Source: Candidatus Dormiibacterota bacterium (lineage in GTDB: Bacteria; Chloroflexota; Limnocylindria; Limnocylindrales; CSP1-4). From it: a stretch of DNA of 64,000 nt. Positions 1 to 8,361 of the stretch are shown here, piece by piece. The position numbers were made by a program, and so were the translations under genes. Where the stretch lies: the NCBI GenBank assembly GCA_035631615.1, contig DASQIK010000023.1, forward strand, positions 2,898 through 66,897. The letters run 5' to 3'. The notes below the pieces were generated by a model. That model saw only the letters and a program-made list of their open reading frames with translations, did not search any database and was not told the DNA's origin. Each line of letters begins with the position of its first letter. The first letter of the stretch is position 1.

Positions 1-761
1 ATGCTGATTCGGCCGCCATCCAGGATCTTCAGGAACGTCCGGAACCCGTCGCCGCGCTCGCCCAGGATGTTCTCGTACGGGATCCGGCAGTGGTCGAACG
101 CCAGCTCGCCGGTCGCCGACGCATGCAGCCCGAGCTTGTCCTCGATCCGGACGACACGGAAGCCGGACGTGTCCGCGGGAAAGATGAACGCCGAGATCTC
201 GGCGCCGCCGCTGTCCTTCGTGCCGGTCTTGGCGGTGATGATGTAGGTCCCCGCCTGACCGGCGTTGGTGATGAAGCGCTTGCTGCCGTCGATCACCCAC
301 TCGCCGCCGGTGCCGTCCTCGCGCGCCCCCTCGAGGCGGGCGGTCGTCCGCGTCCCGCCGGCGTCGGAGCCGGCGCCGGGCTCGGTCAGGCCATATGCGC
401 CGATGACCTTGCCGCTCGCCATCGGGACCAGGTAGCGATCCTTCTGCTCCTTCGTGCCCGCGAGGTGGAGCGGCCCGCAGCCGAGCGAGGTGTGCGCGGC
501 GACGATGAGCCCGAGCGAGCCCCACACCCGCCCGATCTCCTCGACGGCGATCGCATAGGCGAGGGTGTCCATGCCGGCGCCGCCCTCGTCCTCGGGGATC
601 GGGATGCCGAGCCAGCCCATCTCGCCGAGCCGGCGGACGACCTCGACGGGAAACCGGTGGTGCTTCTCGTGCTCCTCGATGACCGGCGCGACTTCCTTGA
701 CCATGAAGTCGCGGATCGTCGATCGGAGCAGCTGATGCTCCGCCGAGAGGTCGAGATCCAT
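1..761 (-). CDS. acyl-CoA dehydrogenase (N-terminal ~253 codons; 3' end lies beyond the window edge)
   Basis: Own translation of the minus strand from the ATG at 761: MDLDLSAEHQLLRSTIRDFMVKEVAPVIEEHEKHHRFP...GKVIGAYGLTEPGAGSDAGG. These are typical ACAD N-terminal and middle-domain motifs. It is absent from the ORF track because it is open at the window edge. Confidence 0.85.
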   Translation of the reverse strand, partial: MDLDLSAEHQLLRSTIRDFMVKEVAPVIEEHEKHHRFPVEVVRRLGEMGWLGIPIPEDEGGAGMDTLAYAIAVEEIGRVWGSLGLIVAAHTSLGCGPLHLAGTKEQKDRYLVPMASGKVIGAYGLTEPGAGSDAGGTRTTARLEGAREDGTGGEWVIDGSKRFITNAGQAGTYIITAKTGTKDSGGAEISAFIFPADTSGFRVVRIEDKLGLHASATGELAFDHCRIPYENILGERGDGFRTFLKILDGGRIS

Positions 762-860
762 CCAGCCGAGCGTACCATCGCCCTGATCCGAAAGCCGCTG
801 CGAGGCCGACGCGGCCAGCGGGCAGGATCAGGCCCGCGGCAATCCTGCTAGCCTCCGTCC

Positions 861-1583
861 ATGCCCGAGCCAGCACCTCTGGCCGCCCCCCGCCAGGCTC
901 CGGATGGACGCTCCCCGAATGGCCGAGCGGGCGACTCCACGATCTCCCCATCGGCGCTGCGGCGCGAGATCCTCGTCCACCTGCGCCAGCTCGGCCCGAC
1001 CTCCCCGGACACGCTCGCGTCGTCGCTCGGCGCGAGTCGCACCGGTGTGCTCCAGCAGCTGCACGCGCTCGAGGACACGGGCCTGGTGACCCACGCCGCC
1101 GAGAAGCACGGCGTCGGCCGGCCGCGCCACCTGTACGACGTGACGCCCGATGCCCAGCAGCTCTTCCCGACGGACTACGGCGGGTTCGCATCGGGGCTGC
1201 TCAAGGCGATCGAGGCGGTCGGTGGCGACGATCTAGTCGAGCAGGTGTTCGCCGCCCGCCGGCGCCAGATCGGGGATCGGACGCGCCGCCGGATGGCCGA
1301 GCAGCTGCGCGATGGCGCCAGCCTCGAGGATCGAGTCCACGTGCTCGCGACCCTCCAGGACGAGGCGGGCTACCTCGCCGAGGCGATCATCGGCGAGGAC
1401 GGGAGCATTCGACTCCGGGAGCACAACTGCGCGATCGACAAGATCGCCCGCCGCTCGCAGGCACCGTGCGACGCCGAGCTCGCGCTGTTCCGGGAGATCC
1501 TCGGGCCGGACGTCGAGCGCGAGTCGCACATTGCGTCCGGCGACCGCTGCTGTACGTACCGGGTCGGCTCGCCGGCCGACTGA
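861..1583 (+). CDS. winged-helix (ArsR-like, COG2345-type) transcriptional regulator with a Cys-containing C-terminal domain
   Basis: 240-aa ORF. It has a wHTH-like segment (RREILVHLRQLGPTSPDTLASSLGASRTGVLQQLHALEDTGLV) and a C-terminal CAID...C...CC motif. It is divergent from the ACAD gene. The start could be further downstream. Confidence 0.65.
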   Translation: MPEPAPLAAPRQAPDGRSPNGRAGDSTISPSALRREILVHLRQLGPTSPDTLASSLGASRTGVLQQLHALEDTGLVTHAAEKHGVGRPRHLYDVTPDAQQLFPTDYGGFASGLLKAIEAVGGDDLVEQVFAARRRQIGDRTRRRMAEQLRDGASLEDRVHVLATLQDEAGYLAEAIIGEDGSIRLREHNCAIDKIARRSQAPCDAELALFREILGPDVERESHIASGDRCCTYRVGSPAD

Positions 1584-1613
1584 GCCGGCCGCGCCCGGCA
1601 CTCAGGCCGCCGG

Positions 1614-2669
1614 TCAGGCCTCTTCGCGCTCCACGACCGTGCGGCGCTCCGGCCGGCGTTGCGTGAGTGGCACGTCGGAGACGTTCGGGACGAACGAGGC
1701 CGCCATCGCGGTCGCGGCGACCAGCTCCTGCTCCTCGACCGACAGGATGCCGAGCCGACCGAGGGTCGCGAGCTCGTCGCGGATGTAGGTCTTGAGCATC
1801 TCGGGGCCGTCGGTGCTGATCGTGTAGCGGACGCCGTTGCGCCGGAACTGGTCGAAGATCCACCGGAACTCGTCCCAGCCGGAGACGACGCGGGTGTTCA
1901 GGTTGGAGGTCGGGCATACCTCGAGGACGATGCCGCGCTCGTTGAGCATCGCCATCGCGCGGGGGTCGTACGCCGCCTTAACGCCGTGCCCGATGCGGTC
2001 CGGCTCCAGCAGCTCGATGACGCGCGCGACCTCCTCGACCGGCCCCGACTCGCCGGTGTGGACCGTGATCCCGAGGCCGAACTGCCGCGCGCGGCGCATC
2101 AGCTTCCGGTAGTCGGCGACGCGGAAGGTGGCCGATTCGGGGCCGGCGATGTCGACGCCGACGACGCCCCGATCGCGCCAGGCGATCGCCTTGTCGACCA
2201 GGATCTCGTTCAGCTCGTACGGGAATGCGCGGTCCAGGCAGAAGATGAGGCCGGGCTTCACGGGGTACTCGAGGCTGGCCCGGTCCATCCCGCGCGTCGC
2301 CGCGGCGATGATGTGGTCGAGGTCCTGCTCGCCGCCTCGGTTGCGCTTCATCGGGTTGAAGCGCAGCTCCATGGTCGTGACGTTGTTCTTGCGGTACGCC
2401 CCGCCGACGACCTCGTACACGCTCCGCTCGACGGCGAGCGGCGAGCTCTGGATCAGCTCCGTCCAGTGGAACAGCTGGAGATAGCCCTCGAACGACTTGG
2501 AGCCCTTTGTAGGCACCGTGATCAGGTCGCGGAACTCCCAGTAGTCCTTCGTCGGGAGCTTGATGCCCTGGGCGTGGGCGATGCCCCACATGATCGCGGG
2601 AGTCACCGCGGCCCCGAGATGGCAGTGCAGCTCCGCTAGCGGAACCGAGCGGGAGAGCTGGCGCGGCAT
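1614..2669 (-). CDS. adenosine deaminase family protein
   Basis: Real start is the internal Met (MPRQLSRSVPLAELHCHLGAA...); the upstream part of ORF 1614..3437 overlaps lipA. Motifs present: HxH metal site, TVHTGE, and TISTDGPE near the C-terminus. Confidence 0.85.
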   Translation of the reverse strand: MPRQLSRSVPLAELHCHLGAAVTPAIMWGIAHAQGIKLPTKDYWEFRDLITVPTKGSKSFEGYLQLFHWTELIQSSPLAVERSVYEVVGGAYRKNNVTTMELRFNPMKRNRGGEQDLDHIIAAATRGMDRASLEYPVKPGLIFCLDRAFPYELNEILVDKAIAWRDRGVVGVDIAGPESATFRVADYRKLMRRARQFGLGITVHTGESGPVEEVARVIELLEPDRIGHGVKAAYDPRAMAMLNERGIVLEVCPTSNLNTRVVSGWDEFRWIFDQFRRNGVRYTISTDGPEMLKTYIRDELATLGRLGILSVEEQELVAATAMAASFVPNVSDVPLTQRRPERRTVVEREEA

Positions 2670-2680
2670 CGGGTCCGACG

Positions 2681-3739
2681 CTACCCGGCAAGCGGGATGA
2701 CGCGGCCCTCGGCGTCCAGGGTCGCCTGGCGCCTGCGCAGCGCCTTCAGCTCTGCGCCCGGCACCTGGTCGCGGGCGTGGTAGCTGGAGCGCACGAGCGG
2801 CCCCGACTCGACGTGCTTGAAGCCGAGTTCGAGAGCAGCCGACTTCATCTCGGCGAACTCGTCGGGGTGGTAGTAGCGCTCGACCGGCAGGTGCTGCAGC
2901 GACGGCCGCAGGTACTGCCCGATCGTGAGGATGTCCGTGTCCACCGCGCGGAGCGACTCGAACGCCTCGGTCAGCTCCTCGCGGGTCTCGCCGAGGCCCA
3001 CCATGAGCGAGCTCTTGGTGTGGACCGGATTGCCGTACCCGGTGGCATAGACCTTGGCCCGCTCGAGCACGCCCAGCGTCCGATCCCAGCGGGCGCGCTT
3101 GCGAACCGGCTTCTGGAGCCTGCGGACCGTCTCGAGGTTGTGGTTCAGGATGTCCGGCGCCGCGGCCATCACGTCGCGCAGCGGCGCCTCCTCGCCGTTG
3201 AAGTCCGGGATCAGCACCTCGACGCCCATGCCGGGGATGCGGGTGCGGAGCTCGCGGATGGTGTTGGCGAAGACATGGGCGCCGCCGTCGGGCAGGTCGT
3301 CGCGAGCCACCGACGTCACGACCACGTGCTCCAGGCCGAGCCCGCTGATCGCCTCGGCGACGCGGCGCGGCTCGTCCTCGTCGAACCAGGTCGGGCGGCC
3401 GGTCTTCACGTTGCAGAAGCCGCAGGCGCGGGTGCACGTGTCACCCAGGATCATGATCGTGGCGGTGCGCTGGTCCCAGCACTCCCCGATGTTCGGGCAG
3501 TGGGCCTCCTCGCACACCGTGTTGAGGTTCAGGCCGCGGAGCAGGCGCTTCAGGTCGTGGTAGTTGTCGCCCGATGGGAGCTTCGCCCGGATCCAGTCCG
3601 GGTGCCGGCGAAGCGCGGCGGAGCCATCCGCGGCGGTCCCGTATGCCCCGCCGCCCATGGCGATCGTGATCGGCTCGGCGGCGCCGTGGGCATGGCCGAA
3701 GTTGCCGGGCGGAGTGAACATCGGGAGCTCGCGGGCCAT
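2681..3739 (-). CDS. lipA: lipoyl synthase
   Basis: 352 aa with both diagnostic Cys clusters: CEEAHCPNIGECW and the radical-SAM CTRACGFCNV. Confidence 0.95.
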   Translation of the reverse strand: MARELPMFTPPGNFGHAHGAAEPITIAMGGGAYGTAADGSAALRRHPDWIRAKLPSGDNYHDLKRLLRGLNLNTVCEEAHCPNIGECWDQRTATIMILGDTCTRACGFCNVKTGRPTWFDEDEPRRVAEAISGLGLEHVVVTSVARDDLPDGGAHVFANTIRELRTRIPGMGVEVLIPDFNGEEAPLRDVMAAAPDILNHNLETVRRLQKPVRKRARWDRTLGVLERAKVYATGYGNPVHTKSSLMVGLGETREELTEAFESLRAVDTDILTIGQYLRPSLQHLPVERYYHPDEFAEMKSAALELGFKHVESGPLVRSSYHARDQVPGAELKALRRRQATLDAEGRVIPLAG

Positions 3740-3771
3740 GCGCGGAGTGTACGGCGTGGTCGCTCGACGCC

Positions 3772-4248
3772 CTACAGCACCGAGCTGCCGTAACCCGATG
3801 TGGACGTCGCACCCGCCCGCTGCATCGTCCCCGCGAGCGTCCGATAGCCCTCTGCCCAGGCATCGCGGATCTCGGGCGTGAAGGCCGAGCCGAGCGCCTG
3901 CTCCAGCGCCCAGAGGAGGGCCTTGCCGGCGCCGTCGTAGTCGGATGCGAGCACGCCGTAGCCATGATGGCGTTTGCCCGAGCTCTCGATGGCCGCGTTC
4001 ATCTCCGAGTGCCCATCCAGGCTCCGGACGAAGACCGACACCATCTGCATGAACAGGTTGCCCTGGACGTGCATGTCCTTCGACTCGAACAGCCGGCGCG
4101 CCGCCGGCTCGATCGCGAACAGGCGCTGGTAGAAGAGCGCCGCGGTCGCGGCGGAATCAGGGGCCAGCTGCGCCCAGGTGCGTCGGATCAGCTTCTTCTG
4201 CTCGGGCGTCACGCGGCCGAGGATGGGCCCGGCTGCGGGAAACCGCAA
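3772..4248 (-). CDS. single-domain bacterial globin (sensor-globin-like)
   Basis: Globin signatures: LFYQRLFAIEPAARRLF (B10 Tyr region) and SSGKRHHGYGVLASDYDGAGKALLWAL (proximal His region). An alternative GTG start lies at 4212 (VTPEQKKLIRRTW). Confidence 0.6.
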   Translation of the reverse strand: MRFPAAGPILGRVTPEQKKLIRRTWAQLAPDSAATAALFYQRLFAIEPAARRLFESKDMHVQGNLFMQMVSVFVRSLDGHSEMNAAIESSGKRHHGYGVLASDYDGAGKALLWALEQALGSAFTPEIRDAWAEGYRTLAGTMQRAGATSTSGYGSSVL

Positions 4249-4269
4249 TCACGCATTGGACCCAGCGAC

Positions 4270-5877
4270 CTAGTAGATCGCGGTGTCCGGTCCGACCGCC
4301 TCGAGCCAGGCCTTGATGTCGCGCAGCAGCGCAGCGCCGCCCGCGCCGTCGTTCGCTCGATGGTCGACGCCGAGCACCATGTTCATGATCGACCGGATGC
4401 CGATCACGTCGCCATCGGGCGTCTCGACGACGACCGGCCGCTTCGTGATCCGATCCATCGTGACGATGCCGACCTCGGGCACGTTGATGATCGGCATGAC
4501 CATGTTCGTGCCGAGCCAGCCCGTGTTGTCGACGGTGAACGTGCCGCCGCCGAAGTCATCGACGTGGAACTTGTTCGCCCGCGCCCGATCCGAGACCTCC
4601 GCGATCGCCTTGTTGAGGCCGCTGATCGACAGGTTGTCGACGTCGCGGATGACCGGCACGATGAGGCCGCCCTCGACGGCGACGGCAATGCCGATGTTGA
4701 TCCGGCGCTTGGCGAGGAGCCCGGCCTCCGTCCAGTGGGCGTTGAACGTCGGGTTCCGCTTGAGGGCCTCGGCGGCCGCCTTGACGACGAACGGGACGAA
4801 GCTCAGCGAGAGCCCCTCGCGGGCCTGGTAGTCACGCTTCTGCCTGTCGCGCAGCTTGACCAGGGTGGAAACGTCGACCTCCATCTGCACGTAGGCGTGC
4901 GGCACCTGGAGGGCGCGCGTCATCTGGGCGGCGATGCCCTTGCGCATCTGGGTCATCGGGACGAGGACCTCGTCCGCGCCTTCCGGGAACGCGATGGTCG
5001 GGCTCGCCTGGGTGGCGGGTGCAGATGCTGCCGAGCGGGGCGCCGCGGCCGGCGCGGGAGCCGCGCCCGCGGCGGGCGCGGGAGCCGCGCCCGCGGCGGG
5101 CGGAGCGGAGCCGGCGGCGGCCGGCGCGGCTGCGGAAGGCGAGCCTGCGGTCCCTGCTGCCGGCGCCGCTGCCGCGTTCTGGCGCCCAACGGGCTGGCCC
5201 GTTCGCTGGCTCTCGACGTAGTCGGTGACGTCCTCGCGGGTGATGCGGCCGCCGCCGCCGGTGCCCGCGATCATCGCGGGGGTCAGGCCGTGCTCACGAA
5301 GGAGCCGCCGAACCGCGGGCGTCATCCGGGCATCGGCGCTCCCGGGCAGATCGATCGGGCCGCGCTCGTCCGAGCCGGCCGGCCCATGGGCAACCGGGGC
5401 TGCGGAGGCCATCGATGATGCGGCTGCCGCGTGGGTAGGCTCGGCGGGCACAGGTCGTGGAGACGCCGGCGATGGCGTCGGCGCCGCCGGCGTCGGCGCC
5501 GCTGGCGTCGGCGCAGCCGGAGCCGCTGCGGCCGGACCTGCAGCGGACGTCGCGGGCACGGCGGTTGATGCTGCGGGAGCCGCAGCAGAACCCGAGGCCG
5601 AGGGCGCCGCGCCAGAGCCGTTGGTCGGAGCGGTCGAAGCGCCAGCCTCCTCGATGACGGCAATCTCCGCGTTGTTCGGGACCGTCGCCCCTTCCTCGAC
5701 CAGGATCTCCTTCAGGACGCCCTCGAACGGGGACGGAACCTCGGCGTTGACCTTGTCGGTGATGACCTCGAGCAGCGGCTCGTACTTGGCAACGTGGTCA
5801 CCGGGCTTCTTGAGCCACTTGCCGATGGTGCCCTCGGCAACGCTCTCGCCGAGCTGGGGCATCGTCACCTTGGCCAC
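4270..5877 (-). CDS. dihydrolipoamide acyltransferase (E2) of a 2-oxoacid dehydrogenase complex
   Basis: Domain order: lipoyl domain (MPQLGESVAEGTIGKWLKKPGD...EVITDKV), Ala/Pro linkers, E3-binding domain (TPAVRRLLREHGL...GRITREDV), then catalytic domain (DHRANDGA). The likely GTG start at 5877 is preceded by GGAGGA; the track start at 5946 is less likely. Confidence 0.9.
   Translation of the reverse strand: MAKVTMPQLGESVAEGTIGKWLKKPGDHVAKYEPLLEVITDKVNAEVPSPFEGVLKEILVEEGATVPNNAEIAVIEEAGASTAPTNGSGAAPSASGSAAAPAASTAVPATSAAGPAAAAPAAPTPAAPTPAAPTPSPASPRPVPAEPTHAAAASSMASAAPVAHGPAGSDERGPIDLPGSADARMTPAVRRLLREHGLTPAMIAGTGGGGRITREDVTDYVESQRTGQPVGRQNAAAAPAAGTAGSPSAAAPAAAGSAPPAAGAAPAPAAGAAPAPAAAPRSAASAPATQASPTIAFPEGADEVLVPMTQMRKGIAAQMTRALQVPHAYVQMEVDVSTLVKLRDRQKRDYQAREGLSLSFVPFVVKAAAEALKRNPTFNAHWTEAGLLAKRRINIGIAVAVEGGLIVPVIRDVDNLSISGLNKAIAEVSDRARANKFHVDDFGGGTFTVDNTGWLGTNMVMPIINVPEVGIVTMDRITKRPVVVETPDGDVIGIRSIMNMVLGVDHRANDGAGGAALLRDIKAWLEAVGPDTAIY
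5051..5098. repeat. perfect 24-bp tandem duplication inside the E2 Ala/Pro linker
   Basis: ggcgcgggagccgcgcccgcggcg occurs twice back to back, encoding AAPAPAAG twice on the minus strand. Confidence 0.9.
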
Positions 5878-6124
5878 TGGGTCAACATCCTCCGAACGGA
5901 ACGCGGGGTCGGGAGCGCGAGGTGTTCGCGGCACAGTGTCGCGCATCCCGACCTCTGGTGCCGCAGCCGCCGCGCGCCACGCTCAGCGCGCACGCGGCGC
6001 AGATCACGCTGCTGCTGCCGTCTTCCGGCAACGGCGCCATCTTCGGTCTCAAAGGCTCCTCGGCCCCGTGCCCGCCGCCGCGGCCGACAACCGCGAGATA
6101 AGCGCGCCGGGTCATGCTCCTGCA

Positions 6125-6958
6125 GTGGACCTGGTGCGGCTCGGCCTCGGCATTCGCGCGCTTCGACGCCGCCGTGGCTGGCGGCAGCGAGATCTCGCCG
6201 CCGCGGCTGGCGTGTCGCAGACGACCGTGTCGTTGATCGAGCGCGGGCAGAGCGACCGGGCTTCGCTCCAGGCCATCCAAGCCGTAGCCGCGGCTATCGA
6301 TGCCCGACTCGTCCTGGAGATCCGCTGGCGGGCCGGCGACCTCGATCGGCTCCTTGATGCCGATCATGGGCGATTGACCGGGTTCCTTGTTCGACGGTTG
6401 CGGGACTGGGGCTGGGAAGCACGCGCGGAAGTCACCTACGAGGCGGCCCGGCGCTCTGGATCCGTCGACATCCTCGCCTGGCATGCCGAGCGACGGATCC
6501 TGCTCGTCATCGAGATCAAGACGGCCATCGCATCGGGCGAAGCGATCCTGCGCAAGTTGGACGAGAAGGTCCGGATCGCGCCCAGGCTGGCTCGCGAACG
6601 CTTTGGGTGGTCGCCGATCGCTACGGGCCGGCTGCTGGCCATTGAGGATACGTCCACGAACCGGCGGCGAACCGGAGCAAATGCGAGCTTCTTCGACGCC
6701 GCTCTGCCGATGAGCGGACCGAGACTTCGGCGCTGGCTTGCGTCGCCCGTTGGCGCCGCGGACGGCCTCCTGTTTCTGTCATCGAGCAGCCAGGTCGCTG
6801 GTATCCAGACGCGTGGCGGCCAACATCGCGTACGGAGGCAGCGGACGGCCATGAAAGGGACGGTTCCAAACGACACCCGAATGGCGATCCGTCCGGCTGC
6901 TGAAGCCGACGAGGCCATTCCAACCATCTTGATTGGATACGAGCGGCCTGACCGCTAG
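6125..6958 (+). CDS. XRE-family HTH protein fused to a PD-(D/E)XK nuclease-like C-terminal domain
   Basis: HTH: LRRRRGWRQRDLAAAAGVSQTTVSLIERGQ. C-terminal D...ExK motif: SVDILAWHAERRILLVIEIKT. The upstream part of ORF 5225..6958 is antisense to E2. The GTG start at 6125 is tentative. Confidence 0.55.
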   Translation: MDLVRLGLGIRALRRRRGWRQRDLAAAAGVSQTTVSLIERGQSDRASLQAIQAVAAAIDARLVLEIRWRAGDLDRLLDADHGRLTGFLVRRLRDWGWEARAEVTYEAARRSGSVDILAWHAERRILLVIEIKTAIASGEAILRKLDEKVRIAPRLARERFGWSPIATGRLLAIEDTSTNRRRTGANASFFDAALPMSGPRLRRWLASPVGAADGLLFLSSSSQVAGIQTRGGQHRVRRQRTAMKGTVPNDTRMAIRPAAEADEAIPTILIGYERPDR

Positions 6959-6984
6959 GTGGGGAAACGGTCTGGCGAAACGGA

Positions 6985-7344
6985 TCAGGGTGCCGGCGAG
7001 CGGGCCATGTAGGCGTCGAAGCCGCGGCCGACGACGCGTTCGAGCTCGTCGAGGAGCGCCTCGTCGCCGGCAGCGAGCTTGAAGACGGAAGCGCCGGTGC
7101 GGCGGCGCAGGAGCTCCGGTGAGACACCGGTCAGCAGCTCAGGGTGGCCGTGCATGGGCAGGAAGTTGAACTTCACGCGATCGCCGATGCGCTGCACGCC
7201 CGCGAACCAGTCGTGGGCCCTGGCGTCTCGGCGGCGCAGGACCTCCATGCCGTAGATCTCCGCTGCCTCGAGCTCGTCCTCGTACGGCACGAGCATCGCG
7301 CGCAGCTCCGCCTCGAGCTCGCCGAGGGTCATTTCAGGGCTCAC
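6985..7344 (-). CDS. hypothetical protein (DUF1801/YdhG-like by eye)
   Basis: 119-aa ORF with normal composition, sitting between E1-beta and the XRE gene. No catalytic motif recognised. Confidence 0.5.
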   Translation of the reverse strand: MSPEMTLGELEAELRAMLVPYEDELEAAEIYGMEVLRRRDARAHDWFAGVQRIGDRVKFNFLPMHGHPELLTGVSPELLRRRTGASVFKLAAGDEALLDELERVVGRGFDAYMARSPAP

Positions 7345-7377
7345 GTCAGGGCTCGTGGCGACGGCGCGGGCTCGCGC

Positions 7378-8361
7378 CTAGTACGCGGCGAGCTTGCGGA
7401 TGCCGTCGGCGATCTTCTCGGGGTTGACCATGAACCAGTCCTCGAGGACGTGGTTGTACGGGACGCCCGGGACGTCGGGGCCGGCGACGCGCGAGACCGG
7501 GCCGTCGAGGTAGTCGAAGGCGTCCTCGGCGACGATCGCGGCGAGCTCCGCGCCGTAGCCGAGGAACCGGTTGTCCTCGTACACGATCAGGCACTTGCCG
7601 GTCTTCTTGACCGAGGACAGGATCGTCTCGCGGTCGAGCGGGCGGAGCGTCCGGAGGTCGACGACCTCGACGCTGATCCCCTCCTCCGCCACGACGTCGG
7701 CGGCCTCGAGGGCGTAATGGGCCATCAGGCCGTAGGCGAGGATCGTGATCTGCGTGCCGGGATGGGTGATCGCGGCCTTGCCGAGCGGCACCAGGTAGTC
7801 GTTCGCGGGCACATCGCCGCGGACGGACCGATACATCTTCTTGTGCTCGAAGAACAGCACCGGGTCGCTGTCGCGGATCGCCGAGCGCAACAGCCCGGCC
7901 GCGTCATATGGCGTCGATGGGATGACGATCTTGAGCCCCGGCACGTGGGCGAAGAACGCCTCGACGGACTGGGAGTGGTACAGCGCCCCATGCACACCCC
8001 CGCCATACGGCGCGCGGACCGTCATCGGCACGCCAAAGCCGTTGTTCGAGCGGTAGCGCATCCGCGCCGCCTCGGACACGAGCTGGTTGAACGCCGGGTG
8101 GATGAAGTCGGCGAACTGGATCTCGGCGATCGGGCGGAGGCCGTTCATGGCGGCGCCGATCGAGGCGCCGATGATGAGCGACTCGCTGAGCGGCGTGTCG
8201 ATGACCCGATCCTCGCCGAACTCGGCGTACAGGCCGTCGGTGGCCAGGAACACGCCGCCCTTGAGCCCGACGTCCTCGCCGAGGAGGATCACGGACTGGT
8301 CGCGCCGCATCTCCTCGGCCATCGTCTCGCGGATCGCCTCGATGAACGTCTTGAGCGCCAT
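7378..8361 (-). CDS. 2-oxoacid dehydrogenase E1 component, beta subunit
   Basis: 327 aa: MALKTFIEAIRETMAEEMRRDQSVILLGEDVG...RVIDTPLSES. Transketolase-like pyrimidine-binding and C-terminal domains. Its start abuts the E1-alpha stop. Confidence 0.95.
   Translation of the reverse strand: MALKTFIEAIRETMAEEMRRDQSVILLGEDVGLKGGVFLATDGLYAEFGEDRVIDTPLSESLIIGASIGAAMNGLRPIAEIQFADFIHPAFNQLVSEAARMRYRSNNGFGVPMTVRAPYGGGVHGALYHSQSVEAFFAHVPGLKIVIPSTPYDAAGLLRSAIRDSDPVLFFEHKKMYRSVRGDVPANDYLVPLGKAAITHPGTQITILAYGLMAHYALEAADVVAEEGISVEVVDLRTLRPLDRETILSSVKKTGKCLIVYEDNRFLGYGAELAAIVAEDAFDYLDGPVSRVAGPDVPGVPYNHVLEDWFMVNPEKIADGIRKLAAY

Noticed and set aside
2670-3437. N-terminal extension of the adenosine deaminase ORF (track ORF 1614..3437). 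Similar extensions occur at 5225..6124, 31159..31659, 35884..36333 and 47242..48432.
   Set aside because: The extensions overlap neighbouring real genes and are Arg/Pro-rich. Family-typical N-termini begin at internal ATG/GTG/TTG codons, several of which overlap the upstream stop codon.
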